From NCBI RefSeq assembly GCF_037042905.1, contig NC_087245.1:620001-684000 (forward strand): a stretch of DNA of 64,000 bases, written 5' to 3'. This DNA comes from Lytechinus pictus. Lineage: Eukaryota. Of the stretch, positions 25,333 through 39,876 are shown piece after piece. The notes under the pieces were generated by a model. The model saw nothing but the letters and a program-made list of their open reading frames with translations. It made no database searches and was not told the origin of the DNA. The translations under genes were made by a program, and so were the position numbers. Numbering within the stretch: position 1 is the first letter of the stretch; the number at the start of each line of letters is the position of its first letter.

Positions 25333-27772
25333 TAGTAGGGGTGTGGAGGCCCTGATTACCGACAAATATCGGTAGCGATTACTGACGTCCGGCAACCATG
25401 AATCTAATTGGAAGTGTTCTACATTCTCCTTAGTCACATTTTGCTTCGTCATACCGAGGATCAGTTTCAGCTTTTATCGATGAGGGGGGGGGGGGGGGAT
25501 ATTGTCATCAACATTTTCTCGTCGAGGCCGCCGAAATCTGATTCTATTTGTCTTTTTTCTTAAGGTGTCAGTGTACTAACCATATTTTGATTTTTAGAAG
25601 CAACATCAGGTATTTCATGTGGCCTGAATATAAATTACCATGCGAGCGTTGGATAATTTATATATTTAGCCCTGAAAATTGAATTTGAGCAGCTTTTGTA
25701 ATCATCATGGAGAAGTAAACGATACATGCGAGCACAAAGCTCGAGCTGAAAATGTTAATATACTGGCCAGCAAATGAAATAATACCTTTTTCTCCAATCC
25801 CAAAATGCGAGCGCGAAGCGCTAGCTAAATAATTGTATATTTCGACCTGAAAACTCGATTGTAACCATGAAGAGGGTGGATATACAATGTATCAACCAAA
25901 ACAATTGATGCAAGCGCGAAGAGCGAGCTGAAATTTTGATTTCCGACCAGACAACTGGACACATTTTGCATGATTTTTTTAAACACTTTTTGCATGAATA
26001 ATAATGCACATTTTATATAGCAATTCATTTGAGCGCAAGCTAATACTATTTTAATCAACCTTTCTGAAAAGGGACATGTTTATCACCTGTTTGCAGTGAC
26101 TCATGAATATAATACATTTCTCACTAATCAAAAAGACCAAGCAAAGCGCGAGCTGAAATTTGTTGAGATATTAATTGGACCTGAAAACTGGACAGGTTAA
26201 ACATATTTTTGATAAAGAACCATAAACAAGCGCGAGCTGAAGTTTTCTTCAGATTTAGAACTAAAAATAGAACATTCGAAGCAGTGTAACCATGAGGAAT
26301 GTCGGCATAGAACTAAGCAACTGTTGCGAGCGTTAACTGATTTTTTTTTTTACACCCTGAAAGTTTGTAATTTTCAACACTTTCTGCAATCATGAACATG
26401 ATGGTTATCTAATCAACTTAGTTTTAAAATCGGACATTCCGTTTAGTTTTTATACTCATGAAAGGAAGGGTATCGCTGAATGATGCGATCGCGAAGCACG
26501 AGCTGAAAATTTGGGATATTTTTACTTGAAAACTAAATACTTTTATAGGTTTTTACATTATTTAAGTTTCTGCATCTGTCATAGAACGAGCTGTGTATCT
26601 CAATAAACATTAATGTGAGCGCGAGCCGCGAGCTGAAATTTTTGTTGAGATTAAGACTTTAAACCGGGACATTCTTATCACTGTCGGTACAGAATCGCGA
26701 GCTGAGGACTTTTGATGTTTTTACTTGAAAACTTAATATTTTCACACGTTTTTTATATAAAGAACAAACTCAGATATGCATATGCAATTTAGCACTTTGT
26801 GTATCTCAATGCGAGCGCGAAGCGCGAGCAGAAATTGTTGATATTCTGAGGGAAATTTAAGCAACATTTTCAGCAAAATTTTTACTAAATATATGATGCG
26901 AGCGCGAAGCGCAAGCTGTTTTTTTTTTATTTAGACCTTAAATCGGGACATTCTAATCATTTTCGGTAGCCTACAAAGAGGTCCCCACGATCGCATTGCA
27001 AAAAAAATATCGTAATTTAATGACAATAGTATATGCCATTTGACATTATTTTGTTATATGTTATGTTATATCGAGGTTTTTTACCTGACTGCTAAGCACG
27101 AATGCCTGTGAGCAAGCAACCAGGGGACCGACAGCTTAAGGTCCTCTCCGAGGGACCTGGTAATGAGGATAAATGCCTTACCAAAGGGCACTAGCGCACC
27201 ACTTGGGAATCGAACCCGGGTCACCGGAATCCGAAACCCCCGCTCTACCAACTGAGCTATCGCGCCTCCACTACCGACAAAGATAATGGAACTCAAAGAC
27301 CAAGTAAGAACAAGGTGAGCAGTTGCAAAAGCCCTGCATGCGTGACCCGACAGTGTGTCATTTTCCCGACAAGCGTCAGTCTAACAGTCCTGCGCTTGCG
27401 TAACAGACAATTTATAATTTTTCCAACATCTCAGACTCCGCATCTTTAATCACACCGACACACAGATTTACCTATAATCAAAACCTTGTCTACCCCATTC
27501 CTTCTCTCTTTGATTTTTCTCTTTCCTTTTGTTTTCCTCTTTCTCTTGTCCCATTCTTTCTTTCTTTTTCTTTTTTTCTTCCTTCCTTCTTTCTCCCCCC
27601 CCCCTTAATTTTATCTTTCCCTTCTTTCCCTATTTCTTTCCTCTTTCTCCCCCTTTTTTCGCCCCTCGGTTTTTTTTTTCATTTTTCCCGACGGAAGCGC
27701 CGATTTACTTACGATAAATTAGTGGGGGGGGGGGGGGGTGTCGCACCCCCACCCCCCCTAGCGACGGCCCTG
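25333..27772 (-). mobile_element. Second, shorter inverted copy of the 3070-12772 element
   Basis: 27670-27772 is the reverse complement of 3070-3180 and 25333-25540 of ~12560-12750; one terminal TIR is missing. Confidence 0.75.
27076..27269 (-). mobile_element. tRNA-derived SINE
   Basis: Minus strand GGCGCGATAGCTCAGTTGGTAGAGC (A box), GGTTCGATTCC (B box), then a GTGCCCTTTGGTAAGGCATTT core-like body. Confidence 0.75.
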
Positions 27773-28231
27773 GCCATGCTGGCAGTACGCTAATCTATCA
27801 GTCAAAGTATGTTGAATCTTATTCTTGAACCCAGTAGGCTCTATATACAGCCTAGCTATAACCAATCCACTATTTATTTCTATTTTTCTATTTATTTATT
27901 TTCTTCTTATTTTTATTATCATTATTTCTTTTTTTGGGGGGAGCGGGGGTAATGAAACTTACTACTAGATATATGTATTTGAGTTTCTCCCTGATAATGT
28001 ATTTGCTCCCTCTCCCCCTCTCCCCCTCTCCCCCACCCTCCCCCTGCCCCCCCCCCCCCCTCTCTCGTGTCCATCTACAATATAATGTTTATTTTAATTC
28101 GATTTATTCATCTTCTCAGCATAAAAGTTATAAATAGCAGGCGTGCACTATATAGCTGCTGTATGCTGGATGTTGGATAAGAATGGAAACCATGGATAGG
28201 AGCATGGATATACATTCTTGATACTCCATTA

Positions 28232-28393
28232 CAGGGGCCGCGAAACGGTTTTCAAAGTGGGGGGGGGGGGCTGACCATGCAAAAAATCACAATCATATGG
28301 CATTTTTACGTTTCCGTACACGGTTTTGGAAAAAAGTTGGGGGCTGCTGAAGCCCCCCAGCCCCCCCCCCCCCCCCCGCTTCCGCGGCCCCTG
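28232..28393. mobile_element. Short MITE (same family as 24569-24737)
   Basis: CAGGGGCCGCG...CGCGGCCCCTG; internal sequence matches 24569-24737. Confidence 0.75.
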
Positions 28394-29639
28394 CCCTATT
28401 GACTGTTTATTGTTCACGGACTATAGACTTTGACACTGATACCATGTAATAGCTCCATGCTGATACCATGCCCGGTTAATACACATGCTTTATTGTGTCA
28501 AAATTTCGTGTTCGACACAATAAGTGTATGTTGTGTACACATTATGTTCAAGTCAAATCATCTATAGCTGGTTCGATGACATTTGCTTCGACGACGATTG
28601 GTCCGTTATAAATTCAACACACTAATCAAATAACTAACTTCAACCCTAGTGGATTTCAACACTATACCCTAAACATAAACCTAACATAAAACCCTATTAG
28701 AAAGCAAATCCAACTTAACACTACGGACCTATAAGCCCGGAATAATATTGTCGTTGGAGCAAATATCGTGTCACCTCTCTCCGTCTACCAGCTACCATGG
28801 GGCGGGGCTTTCCCTTAAAAAGGTGAAGGGAAATGAAAGGGCAAAGGGTAAAATATATGATTATAATTTCTGGACATTGTGTTTAAAAAATGTCACAAAA
28901 TTATATTTTAATTTAAAAGGGTTATTTTTGCTCGCTCACTTATTTCGCTCGATTGCGACTACTCACTTGGAAATTCCCTCGCATGATATGTGCCCCCTCA
29001 AATTGTTCACTCATTGATAATAAGGCATTGGTTTCTGTAGTTGACATACATTCATTTACCATACGTACATGACTCCTCCGAAAGACGCAGGAAATGAAAT
29101 TAGACAAGTTTTGAACTTAAAACAAAACGACCTGACTGCGTACGAGCTTCAGTTATCCATGCATTAAATGTTATATTCTTAAATTGCTGTGTATAATAGA
29201 ATAGCAATGCCGTATGCGCAGATTTTTTTCGCTGGGACCGGGGTAGCCTGTGCAAACTTTTTCGAGAAAAAAAATCGTAAGCGAGGGAGCGAGGCGACCG
29301 AGCTTGTCATTAGGGCGTTTTTGTATTTTTTCAAATGAAATTGTAGGTTTTGGTGCATACCTTTGGTGGATTTTTTGATTTTTTTTAGTTAAAATGGCCA
29401 AGTCCTCAATATAGATCATTCCAGATTTGAGTTCCGTTCACTTCTCCATGCTGTCTATGTCCAAACTCCCACTGTCATCATATACCTGGACCAAGCTGCT
29501 CTCCACAACATGCCTTCTCTCTATACTCTACACACTCAAGTTGGAAATCTACCTGTAAAAGAGCTACATAATTCTGGATTAATGGTGGAGGCGCGGGATT
29601 GCAATGTCTTAATTTCCCTCTTCCTTTAGAGAAACCTTG

Positions 29640-29893
29640 CAATGCTTCCCAAGACAAATCTCTTGTATCCTTCCTTACTTTCTCCACATCTTCGTGTTGC
29701 ATATGAGCCCAACTTTTCACCTCTACCTATACCATATACATTCAGCAACGTTTGGCAATTATCGGAAGATCCCAGATGCAGGCTATGTGCCCCTGAGGAT
29801 GGGGACTACATTCATCTCCTTGGCTCTAGCCCTGTCTTTTCGGGACGACGCCTCCATCAGAGTCCATCTCATTCGTTTCGCTGTAAACCTTAA
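29640..29893 (+). mobile_element. Degenerate non-LTR retrotransposon remnant (zinc-knuckle region)
   Basis: WQLSEDPRCRLC...IHLLGSSP resembles the CCHC knuckle downstream of RT in non-LTR elements; heavily decayed. Confidence 0.4.
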
Positions 29894-30191
29894 CCTTCCC
29901 ATCATAGAAACTTAAAGGATGATGACCACCTGATCTTTTTAACTTCCATCCTCTTTCCCTCTCAGACCTTCTTCTTCCTTCTCCTCTCTGTCAGGGGCCG
30001 CAAAATGTTTTTTTTTTCAGTGGGGGAGGGAGGGGGCTGACGATGCAAAAGGTATCACAATTAGATGGTAATTTTTGCGATTTTGTAAACGGATTTGGAA
30101 AAAAGTAGGGAGGGTTAAACTCTGGCGTAAATCCGATCTGAGCAGTGTGTGTGTGTGTGGGGGGGGGGGGATGATATAGCAATATATTGGA

Positions 30192-30386
30192 AGTGCCGTG
30201 ACCGAGTGGTCTAAGGCGCCTAGCTATACATGGAAAGTCCGGGGTTCGATCCCCGGCCGCGGCACCTATGCCCGTGAGCAAGCCCGGTGAGCAAGGCATT
30301 TATTTAATCTACAATGCTCTTTTCTCCTGCTTTAAAATAAATGGAAATGCTATATGCATTGTTGATAACTAGGTGTGCACTTGTTT

Positions 30387-30390
<4 letters not shown>
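30192..30390 (+). mobile_element. tRNA-derived SINE followed by (TA)n
   Basis: GTGACCGAGTGGTCTAAGG A box, GGTTCGATCC B box; the 3' body recurs inverted at ~33900-34000. Confidence 0.7.
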
Positions 30391-30444
<54 letters not shown>

Positions 30445-32293
30445 ACAAAAAAAGTAAGTCCCCCCTAAATCAAATTGCTGTAACTTTTGAACGGAATTAT
30501 TTTGAGATATGAAATATCGTGGTTCTTTACACTTATTAGGCAACTCCTGGGGAAAAATGAGATTAATCGGTTGAGTCATGCATGAGTAATTAAAGATTGA
30601 ATTAAAAATGACAATTTTTGAAAGTCACAAAGAGTCGTTTTCCAGATTGCGTAAATACAAAGATGGGCAAAAGTTGTTTTTAGGTGAATTTTATAGTGTT
30701 AATGCTGTTTTACTATCCATCATTTAGCCACTCCACACACAATTTAGATATTGTATGTTCATGGTTGAGTGAGCACAATGTATTGTGTCGTATCATCATA
30801 GGGGTTTATGGTAGTATCCTCTACAACTTGTTAGAACATGTTAAAATTTGAAAATGTTGGTTACTCCCCCGATTATAGGCCCCTCCCCCATTTTAAAATT
30901 CTGGACCCACCACTGATTTGTCCATACATTCAACTGATCCTGAGAAATTGTTGGAAAAGAATACATTTTATGCAGTATAAAGAGTATTCATTCCCATGTT
31001 TTCGAATGTGCTCGCTCAACCATGAAAATGTTAAAAGTTCGGAAAGCGTGTGGTGATAGAAATGATGGATGATAAAAACAACAGCAATTAAGTCACATTT
31101 GAAACCGAATTTTTCCCCATTATTCACTTTATTCCTTTAAAATTAGTCTGTGGCATTGAAAATACCCCTTTTCCCAATTTGATGCGTGCTCACTCATCCA
31201 TAAATAAACAAATCGATTTCAGTTTTGCACAGAATTCTGCCCATAGGTTGATGAACTTACTGCCAAATGACATTACTAAAGACAGCCTTGAAAAAAAGTT
31301 CCACCATATTGAATAAGGGGTTACTTATTCTTAAACATATATGCACCCATAATGTACACAATGTATATAAATTATGAGAGAGGAAGTCAAAATTTTAACA
31401 AATGTGAAATGAGGGTTTGTTTCATGGACGGTTTTTGTTACTTCTGCCAACAGTTATTTCATGAAACTTTGCACATGGCTTCAGAGTAACACTATCCAAA
31501 AGGCACGCACACCAAAATAACCATTCGATACGGCACAGAGTGGGGCCAAGGCCTTGAACTTTCTTCTCATTTGCGTAATTTTCGAACAGTGTGTGCTCAC
31601 TGATGCATTAGACATCGGGATCTTCATAAAAATCAAATCAAATGAACTATGCAAGGTTTGTAACAGATATCCATAGTCAGCAATTGCATTTTTTCCAATA
31701 ACGTAAAAAAGAGCTAATCACATTCCACATGTTCATTCAAGCGTGAATGTTTAATTAAACGCCGTTGAATCATTGAAGCATGTTAATTGGTCATGGCACA
31801 ATGAAAAAAAGTTGATATGAAAATTTCAGTTCCCAAAATGAAACAATACTTGCCTATGATATTTGAAAATCGTATTTTTTGTTTTCTTTGAATGTTCATT
31901 GAACCGTGAAATGATGAATATTGTTGAAGATACTCTTCCAAAAAATAACTGTCATCATATTCGATCTTTTTTATCGATAGAAATGTGTAAAAATCCAATT
32001 ATAGCAAATTTGGACTTGTGTTTATATTTAACCGTGAAATTTAGCCAAAAAAATGTTTCGTCTTTTAGAAAGTACCTTTTACAAGCCTCTTGACTATTTT
32101 TCATGATGAGAATGTGGAATTCGTTCAAATAAAAAGGAATCAAAATCGTGATATTTGGCTTGTGACTTTTGAAAAGTGACAATTTTGCCTTCTGGCGGTG
32201 CTCACTGAAGCATGACATAAAATATACGTCCATAACATTTACTCAGAGGGTAGCTTATAAAATTACCTACACGCTCATGTAAAAATATATTAA

Positions 32294-32813
32294 AGGACAA
32301 GTCCAACCCAACAAAATTATTTGAATAAAAAGAGAAAAATCCAACAAGCGTAACACTGAAAATTTCATCAAAATCGGATGTAAAATAAGAAAGTTATGAC
32401 ATTTTAAAGTTTCGCTTAATTTCATAAAACAGTTATACGCACATCCTGGTCAGTATGCAAATGAGGAGACTGATGACGTCATCCACTCACTATTTCTTTT
32501 GTATTTTATTATATGAAATATGAAATATTCTAATTTTCTCTTCATTGTCAAGTGAAAAGGTGATTAATTCCTCCCTATTCATCTGGAATTAGCATTGTTT
32601 AATACTATATGGTTCTGTCAAGTCGGTCCCTATGGTCAAATCTGTAAAAAATGAAATATTGTATAATTCAAACAATAGAAAACAAAAGAAATAGTGAGTG
32701 ATAGACATCATCGACTGACTCATTTGCATGTCACTGAGTTGTGCATATCATTGTTTTGTGAAAAATAAGCGAAACTTTAAAATGCCATAACTTTCTTATT
32801 TTACATCCGATTT
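32294..32813. mobile_element. Kolobok-like palindromic MITE, right end truncated
   Basis: TTAA|AGGACAAGTCCA start; closely matches the complete copy at 50201-50790. Confidence 0.75.
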
Positions 32814-33030
32814 TGTGGTCTAGTGGTTAAGGCACCGGCGTTCAAAGCTGGGGGCCCGGGTTCGATTCCCGGCAGAGACATTTTTTCGGCGTCACCAATT
32901 TTTCCAAAGGGTAGATAGCTCTGGGGAACCTTGATTTAAGTTAGGCCTACTATTGTTCTCTTCATCCATTTCTTTCACACGGTGTTTAAATAGAGGAGTT
33001 GTCGGGGCTGTTGTGCATGTATGGCTTCAC
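32814..33030 (+). mobile_element. tRNA-like SINE head, 5'-truncated
   Basis: TGGTCTAGTGGTTAAGG and GGTTCGATTCCCGG boxes; acceptor stem incomplete; followed by (CA)n(TA)n. Confidence 0.55.
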
Positions 33031-33054
33031 ACACACACACACACACATATATAT

Positions 33055-33122
<68 letters not shown>

Positions 33123-35579
33123 CTCGTGAAAGAGACAAATATCTCACCAACAAATTAATGCGAGCGCAAAGCGCGAGCTGAAATTTTTTAGTATACTAAC
33201 CTGAAAACAGGAAACAGGTACCTGTTTAGGGCTGTTTGTAGTGACTCATGAGGAGGATAAATATCTCACTAAACAGATAATGCGAGTGCAGAGAGTAAGC
33301 TGAAATCCTTTATATGGTGACCTGAAAGCTTGATATGCTAAGCATTTTTTGTACCAATTATTAAGATGGGTATCTCAAAGAATAATGAATGCGAGCGCAA
33401 AGCGCGCGAGCTGAAATTTTTGATATTTCGATCTGAAAAAAAATGACAGTTTAATGGACGTGTTTAATAAAGAGCAAGATATATATCCAATAGACGATTA
33501 TTGCATATCGAAGCGGGAGTTCTTTTGAGGGTTAGAACTAAAAACGGGACATTCTATTCACCTATTTAATCATGAAAAGTATGGGTTTTTTTTGCTAAAG
33601 AAATTATGCGAGAGCGAAGCGTGAGCTGAAAATGTTTATATTCCAATCTGAAAAGCGGACATTTTGAGCACGATTTTAAATAAAGAACGAGTTGTGTATC
33701 TCAATCTCGCTTGCCGATTTCTGTGTAACATTACAATCTTGTTTTATTTTTGCACATCCGTAATTATAGAGGGGGCAAAACGTTATGTTTGCCCCCATAT
33801 TTTCATCGGTGGGGCGATCGCCCCCCATGGATCGACGCCTCAGCTATATAATACGGGGGTATATGGCCGTGTTCATACTACCATCTCTCGTTTTTTTTTT
33901 AACAAGTTCACACCTATAGTTATCAAGAATGCGTATAGCATTTCCATTTATTTGAATGCAGGATAAAAGAGCATTGTCGATGAAATTCCTTGCTCACGGG
34001 CTATATAGCAATGGTTTAGTAGTGATATATACTACTTTTGTCATGTTGGCCTATATGTGTTGTCACAATGTTGTTTCTTTCTATCTACCGGTATAATAGA
34101 TGACAAGAATTACTGTATAGAGTTGAATTCAAACATTCAAATGTTTTTACTCGGCCGGGATTTAATTGAAGATTATTGAAGATCGCATGATTACATCATT
34201 TCATAAAAATAATGAACCAATATAAATGCCATAACTTCATTTTATTTTATCTTATTTGATGATACATATAATGATTCTCGTCTTTCGTTTGTTTGATTGT
34301 ACCCATGGGCTGCGGAACAATTTCACACTGAGGGGGGAATGCATGGTTGAACATAATTTATTTTTCTAGTTATTATTATTTTTTGTTTTATAACATGTTT
34401 TTATTGTCTACTCTCAAGTCAAATACATGTATACAATAACAATTATAAGTCTCAAGAGCAAAAACCAGTATCACAGAATTATACATTTTGTACAAACGAT
34501 CATTGAGAAAGGAAAATATAATTTTGCACTATAGCTAGATGATCGATGGCCATTTTGACGTGTGTGTGCGTGGGTAGGGGTTACATCTACATGGTTACTA
34601 AAAAAAATTGCTGGACTCCCCGCAACCCCGCCCCCTTGTCCGCTGCCTGTGTATAGGCCTACATGATTTCGGATAGAGTGTCGAATCCGATTCCTCTTCA
34701 AAGTTCAAGTTATTGAAGAATTGCATATATAATCTAAGCCTGCGAAGTTTCACAGATAAATTATTGTTCCATATCTCCCTTCACAAAACAAAAGTCACAC
34801 TTGGTGATCGTGCGCATTTGCTCTTGCTGCCCCAAACCAAGGAGGTTTCAAATGAGATGGAGTAACAGCATATTAAATCTCTTTGAACAAGGTTAAAAGC
34901 CGCCAGCAGAAAGTATGTCAGGCATGCACTTTGCTCAACATCTCTTGCAATTTTGTAGACAAATGATTCCCGCATGACTCGCAGCTATAGGTAATACATA
35001 AAGGGAAATATGCTTTTGTGATGATAATTACTTTTTCGCGGCATCTTCATGATCTTGGTCTGGTTATATGTGTAGTACATAATTCGGAGGCATGCGAAAA
35101 TAAACTATGCAATATGTCCTGAAATATGACTCAAATTTGCTCGACTGGACATGTGCGGGCACTCATCTGGCATACAGTAATGAACAACAATATTCCACCG
35201 ACCACATTTGAAATTTTTATTCGCCGCAAACGATCGAAAAAGTGTTTAAATCTGGTTTCAGTAAAGGTCAAATTCTGTCTTTTTTTCGCCAATAAAGGTT
35301 AATTGATATAGTCTGGGCAAATATCTTTTCGTAATAGTGCTTGGTTATTGATGTTTTGTCATGCATTCAAATTTCAGTTTGTTTATTATAATATGAAAGA
35401 TGGAAAATTGATACAAATGGATATTCGTAAAATTTCACCCCTCGGATTTCTTCACTGAAACTGGCGGCTTCGAAGGCGGACATCAAAAGGTTCTTATTGC
35501 CGTTCTTTCTTTTGTGCTTCTTTAGAAATGAACATCTGCTTGAATACATTTGTTGCCTGTTGGAACTCCATATCATAGA

Positions 35580-35810
35580 ATCTTCTTGCCCAAACTATGG
35601 TAGAAAAGTCTGCTATATAAGCTCTCCATCATTGACTATCTTCAAATCAAAATTAAAAACATATTTCTTTAGATAAAATTTGCTGTGTAGAATCAGTGAC
35701 GTGTCTCCCTCTCACGTCCCTGGTAGAATTAAGTAAAAAGAGTTCTAAATTAACAAGCCGCAGCTAAATATATTCATGTAAAAGCTGCGCTATACAAATT
35801 AATGCTATAA
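35580..35810 (+). mobile_element. L2/CR1-like LINE 3' end remnant
   Basis: PKLW...SPSLTIFKSKLKTYFF-like translation and a GCGCTATACAAAT tail motif. Confidence 0.45.
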
Positions 35811-36178
35811 TTTTAGATAGGGAAAACAGGAGAAAGAGCGCCACCTCATTGCGCGTTCATCAATTAATTTTTGTAAACAACTGCATCGATATAGCCTCCC
35901 CTTGGATCAGGATCAAGCCAAGGCCAGGGATTCAAGGCCTAAGTTTCCCCTTGCTTAGCTTTTTGGAACCAAATCCATGATTTTCTTAGAACCTTGTGCC
36001 TCATTCATCGATTTTCTGCGTATTACAATGGTAAGCTACGCTAAAATTGCATATGTCAATGGAAATTATACGCCCCAGCTATACGTTTTTTGGACTGTAG
36101 TCCCATATGTTCATTTTTATGATGGTGTTCCGTAGGCCTAGCCCACTCAAGCCAAGGCAAGGGTAGCCAGGCGGCTTC

Positions 36179-38350
36179 CACTCACACAACATGCGAGGTT
36201 AGTATACTAACCTCGCACAACACATGTGATTTCATAGTGCATTTTGACGTTTTCATCCATCACACGAATGTGAGGGACTAAACTACGCTAAACCTTTCAA
36301 TATTTGTCCACTATGTTTATCTTGATCGTATGATCAAGTTTATTGCAAAAAGCAATCATAAATTATTTATTAAAGTGTTTTTATCGCTTACCTCCAAATC
36401 TCAACCAGGATACTTCGCTCGGTCCGTCCTTAGTCATCCTTCGTACTGCGGTGGAAATTACGCAAACAACAATCGAAATGCGAAATTTTCCTATCGAACA
36501 TTCTCGATTCAAGTCGTCGGCGCATAATAGGAAATTGTACCAAAAATCAACATAGTTCTCTATTTATTCAAACAATTTTTTCTGGGGTGTACTTGACCTT
36601 TAAGAGATTTTCCGATGAAAATATTACATGGAACTTGGAAATACAAATCATAATTTGGTTGAACAAAATGTTTTCTGTTAAAGTATAAAACAGAAGAGGA
36701 ACATATATCCTTCACGTATTTTTATATCCAAAATATGTTGCCTTAGTATGGAATAATCACAATGACATAAAATGAAAATGGGTAAAGTACCTTTCTAATG
36801 ATCATTGAGATTTCGCCTGTGGAATCATTGTTTGATAATTTTCAAAGCTTTAAATAGATGAAAATGTTCATTGAGAAAATATACATATATATGTATGAAC
36901 AAAATGATAATGTCCCGATTGTTTCGCATTACGTGTGTTAGATTGCGGGCGTTTGTGTGTGTGTGTAGGAAGCAAGATGTTCGTGTTAATGTTTGCACAA
37001 AAAAGGAGAGGGAAAGGGAAAGGAAAAGGGAGGGGGAAAGGTAGAGGAGAGAGAGGGAAAAGGAGACCATAAAATAGAAAGAAAACAAAGGAAAGGAAGA
37101 GGGGAAGGGAGAGGGAAAGAAAAATGGAAAGAGCGAGAAAAGAGTATATAGGGGAGGGAGAAAGGAAAGAAAAGAAGGGAAAGGAAAAAGCGAGAAAGGG
37201 AATGGAGGGGGCGGGAAAGGAAAGGAGAGACAATAAAAGACAGATCAGGGGAGGGGGAAAAGTAGAGGAGAGAGAGGGAAAAGGAGACCATAAAATAGAA
37301 AGAAAACAAAAGAAAGGAAGAGGGGAAGGGAGAGGGAAAGAAAAATGGAAAGAGCGAGAAAAGAGTAGGGGAGGGAGAAAGGAAAGAAAAGAAGGGAAAG
37401 GAAAAGCGAAAAAGGGGAAGGGAAAGGGAGAGAAGAAAAGAAGGGAGAACGAAAATGGGGAAAGGGAGAAGGAGAGGGGATAATGAAGGGGATAGGAAAA
37501 TGTCAAGTTTGAAGATCTGAATATTAACACTAAAACAAAATTAGACTCCCATGTTTTATTTATAAAAATACCATCTTTTTCATGATTATAAAGGTTCAAC
37601 GTCCCTGTTCTAGGTCTAAACTTCAACATAAATCTACTGGCGCTTCGCGCTTGAATTCTGGAGGTCATTCCTCTTTTAAAAGTATAGGTAATCTGTCGGA
37701 CTTTTCAAATCCCAAATTTAAATCTTAAGCGCAAATGCCCTCGCATTATTTTTCATTTAGATACAGTCCTGTCATCAATATCAAAAACTCTAAGCGCGAG
37801 CTTCGCGCTGGCATCATTTTTGTAAGTGACATTTATGATGTTGTTCATATTTAAAAAATGTCCATTTGTTGAGGTTTAAATGTCCAAAAGTTCAGCGCTC
37901 GCATAATTTGTAAGGTAAATAGACCTACCCTTTTAATTGTTATACAAAGGCGCTTATACAACGTCCAGAATGCAGTTCGGAATATTGAAAATAACTATTG
38001 GTCCCGCTATTTCTGCCCGTGCGACAAGCATTTATCATTTTGAATCATGAGATTCACCTTTAAAATATGATGAAAAAGTATCGTTAAGACTGAATTAAGA
38101 AAAAAAGAAGCTTACGTTTCACGCTCACATTTTAATTGATCCGTTAGCTTGTGATAATAATGGTGACTTCGTTAATATATCTTAGCGGACATGTCCACCT
38201 TTTGGTGCTTCAAGAAAAATAAACACAACACACAAATAATAATAGAAAAACGAACAAGAATAGAATAGATAGTTACCTATCCCACTCATGAATTCTTATT
38301 TAACAGTCCCCAAAACGTATTTTTTTCGTGTTAGCTTATTTCATATACAT

Positions 38351-38383
<33 letters not shown>

Positions 38384-38402
38384 CGGGCGTAAATAAATCA
38401 AG

Positions 38403-38458
<56 letters not shown>

Positions 38459-38512
38459 TTCACACAATATTTAAATAAAAGAGTTGCCAAAGCTGTAGTA
38501 CACGTATAACTT

Positions 38513-38586
<74 letters not shown>

Positions 38587-39751
38587 TCTCCTCATCATGG
38601 TTATAAAAAGTGCTCAGAATGTTTTATTTTCAAGTCCTTGTATCAGAATCTTCAGCTCGGGCAGCTCTATCGCATTTTGATTACTATCCTGTTAATTTAT
38701 TTACTTGAACAAAATATTTAAAATGTCCAGCTTTTAGAACATCTATATCAAAAAAAAGGTATTCACCTTTGATCATAGATGAGGAAGAAGAAAAAAGTGA
38801 AAAAAAATAGGAAACAAACTAACGAATTAATGTGACATAATTTTTCTTCATTTCAAGGCGACTCTTTACATTTCATCATCGCTGATGGCGCTACAATAGA
38901 AAATACCGCTTGACAGCAAAAAAAAAACAGAAAGAGGAAAATAATGCTGAGCGTCTAAAATGCAGCTAGCAGTACAAGCTGCAGAACCGTAAACAAGGTG
39001 TCACGCGCGTAAAACATTCCCCATAGACTTGTGTGTTAAAATGGCACTTTTGAAAAATTCATAAAAAATAAATGTGAAATTAGAGGGTGGAATGTTTACT
39101 ACCAATGGATTGGATATATATCTGACATTCCAAATCTGACCAGGAAAGGGTACCGTAGCCAGCTCATTTTAAAAATAAATCGCCATTTATGAAGATAACT
39201 ATGAATCGATCGAATTCATCAACTGAAACAGTAAAATAGCCCTAATTATTCCGCCAGTCAAAAAAAAGTTCCAAGTCACTTATTTATCTTCCCAATTTGG
39301 GCGAAGTAAGTTCAGTAGTTACCATTTCTAGAATCAGTGTTAGATTTTGAATCACATTCATACATTTTTGTCAATCAGCAATATCAAATTGACAAAAATT
39401 CGAATGGGTTGGGTCGAACGAATATCTTTAGCCCTCCTGATGTAATTAGGCTCGTGGAACCACAAACATCTTGTGAATAATATCGCGCGCCCTCTTTAAG
39501 CAAAAGTTTACAACCACAATTACCCTGCGGTATCTACGTGAAGATCACGAGAAAATGCATTTTTTTTCTTAAAAACACACCAAAGAGAAGACAAGAAACG
39601 ATCCATATGGTTCGGTAAGTGTCATAGCACAATTAGAAACATTATTTTAAAAGGAATGGCTTAGTTATTTTAGTAAAAAGGGTGTGAAAAATTCGCGTGC
39701 ACCATGTGCATATGAATCCTTCGCACGCGAGATGCATTGATCCCATGAGTG
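36179..39751 (+). mobile_element. CACTC hairpin element copy A
   Basis: CACTC...GAGTG ends; 9-bp TSD GGCGGCTTC at 36170-36178 and 39752-39760; subterminal palindrome TGCGAGGTTAGTATACTAACCTCGCA. Confidence 0.85.
38997..39461. mobile_element. 465-bp insertion with 4-bp TSD inside copy A
   Basis: ACAA duplicated; imperfect TIR GGTGTCACGCGC / GCTCGTGGAACC; absent from copy B (empty site ~40160-40172). Confidence 0.8.
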
Positions 39752-39876
39752 GGCGGCTTCTAACCCAGGGAGCCCAGGGGCTTACCGTGTATTTGACCAT
39801 ACTCACAGGACTAGGGTGATTTATGGTCTAAATATTTCTCCAAATGAATTGTGAAAACAGAAAGTATACAATTACT

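Noticed and set aside
3070..27772. One 24.7-kb element bounded by inverted CAGGGCCGTCGCTA ends
   Set aside because: No TSD; the left end pairs with 12772, where the LINE resumes, and 25333-27772 is a separate inverted copy
30440..31335. Possible Tc1-like MITE starting CACAACAAAAAAAGTAAGTCCCCC
   Set aside because: Only a weak partial inverted match at ~31313-31332; ends and TSD could not be established
36868..37668. 266-aa F/S/P/L-rich ORF, its mirror ORFs at 41264-41858 and similar K/R/E-rich ORFs (3096-3373, 8063-8384, 21443-21670)
   Set aside because: Translations of purine/pyrimidine low-complexity tracts inside transposons
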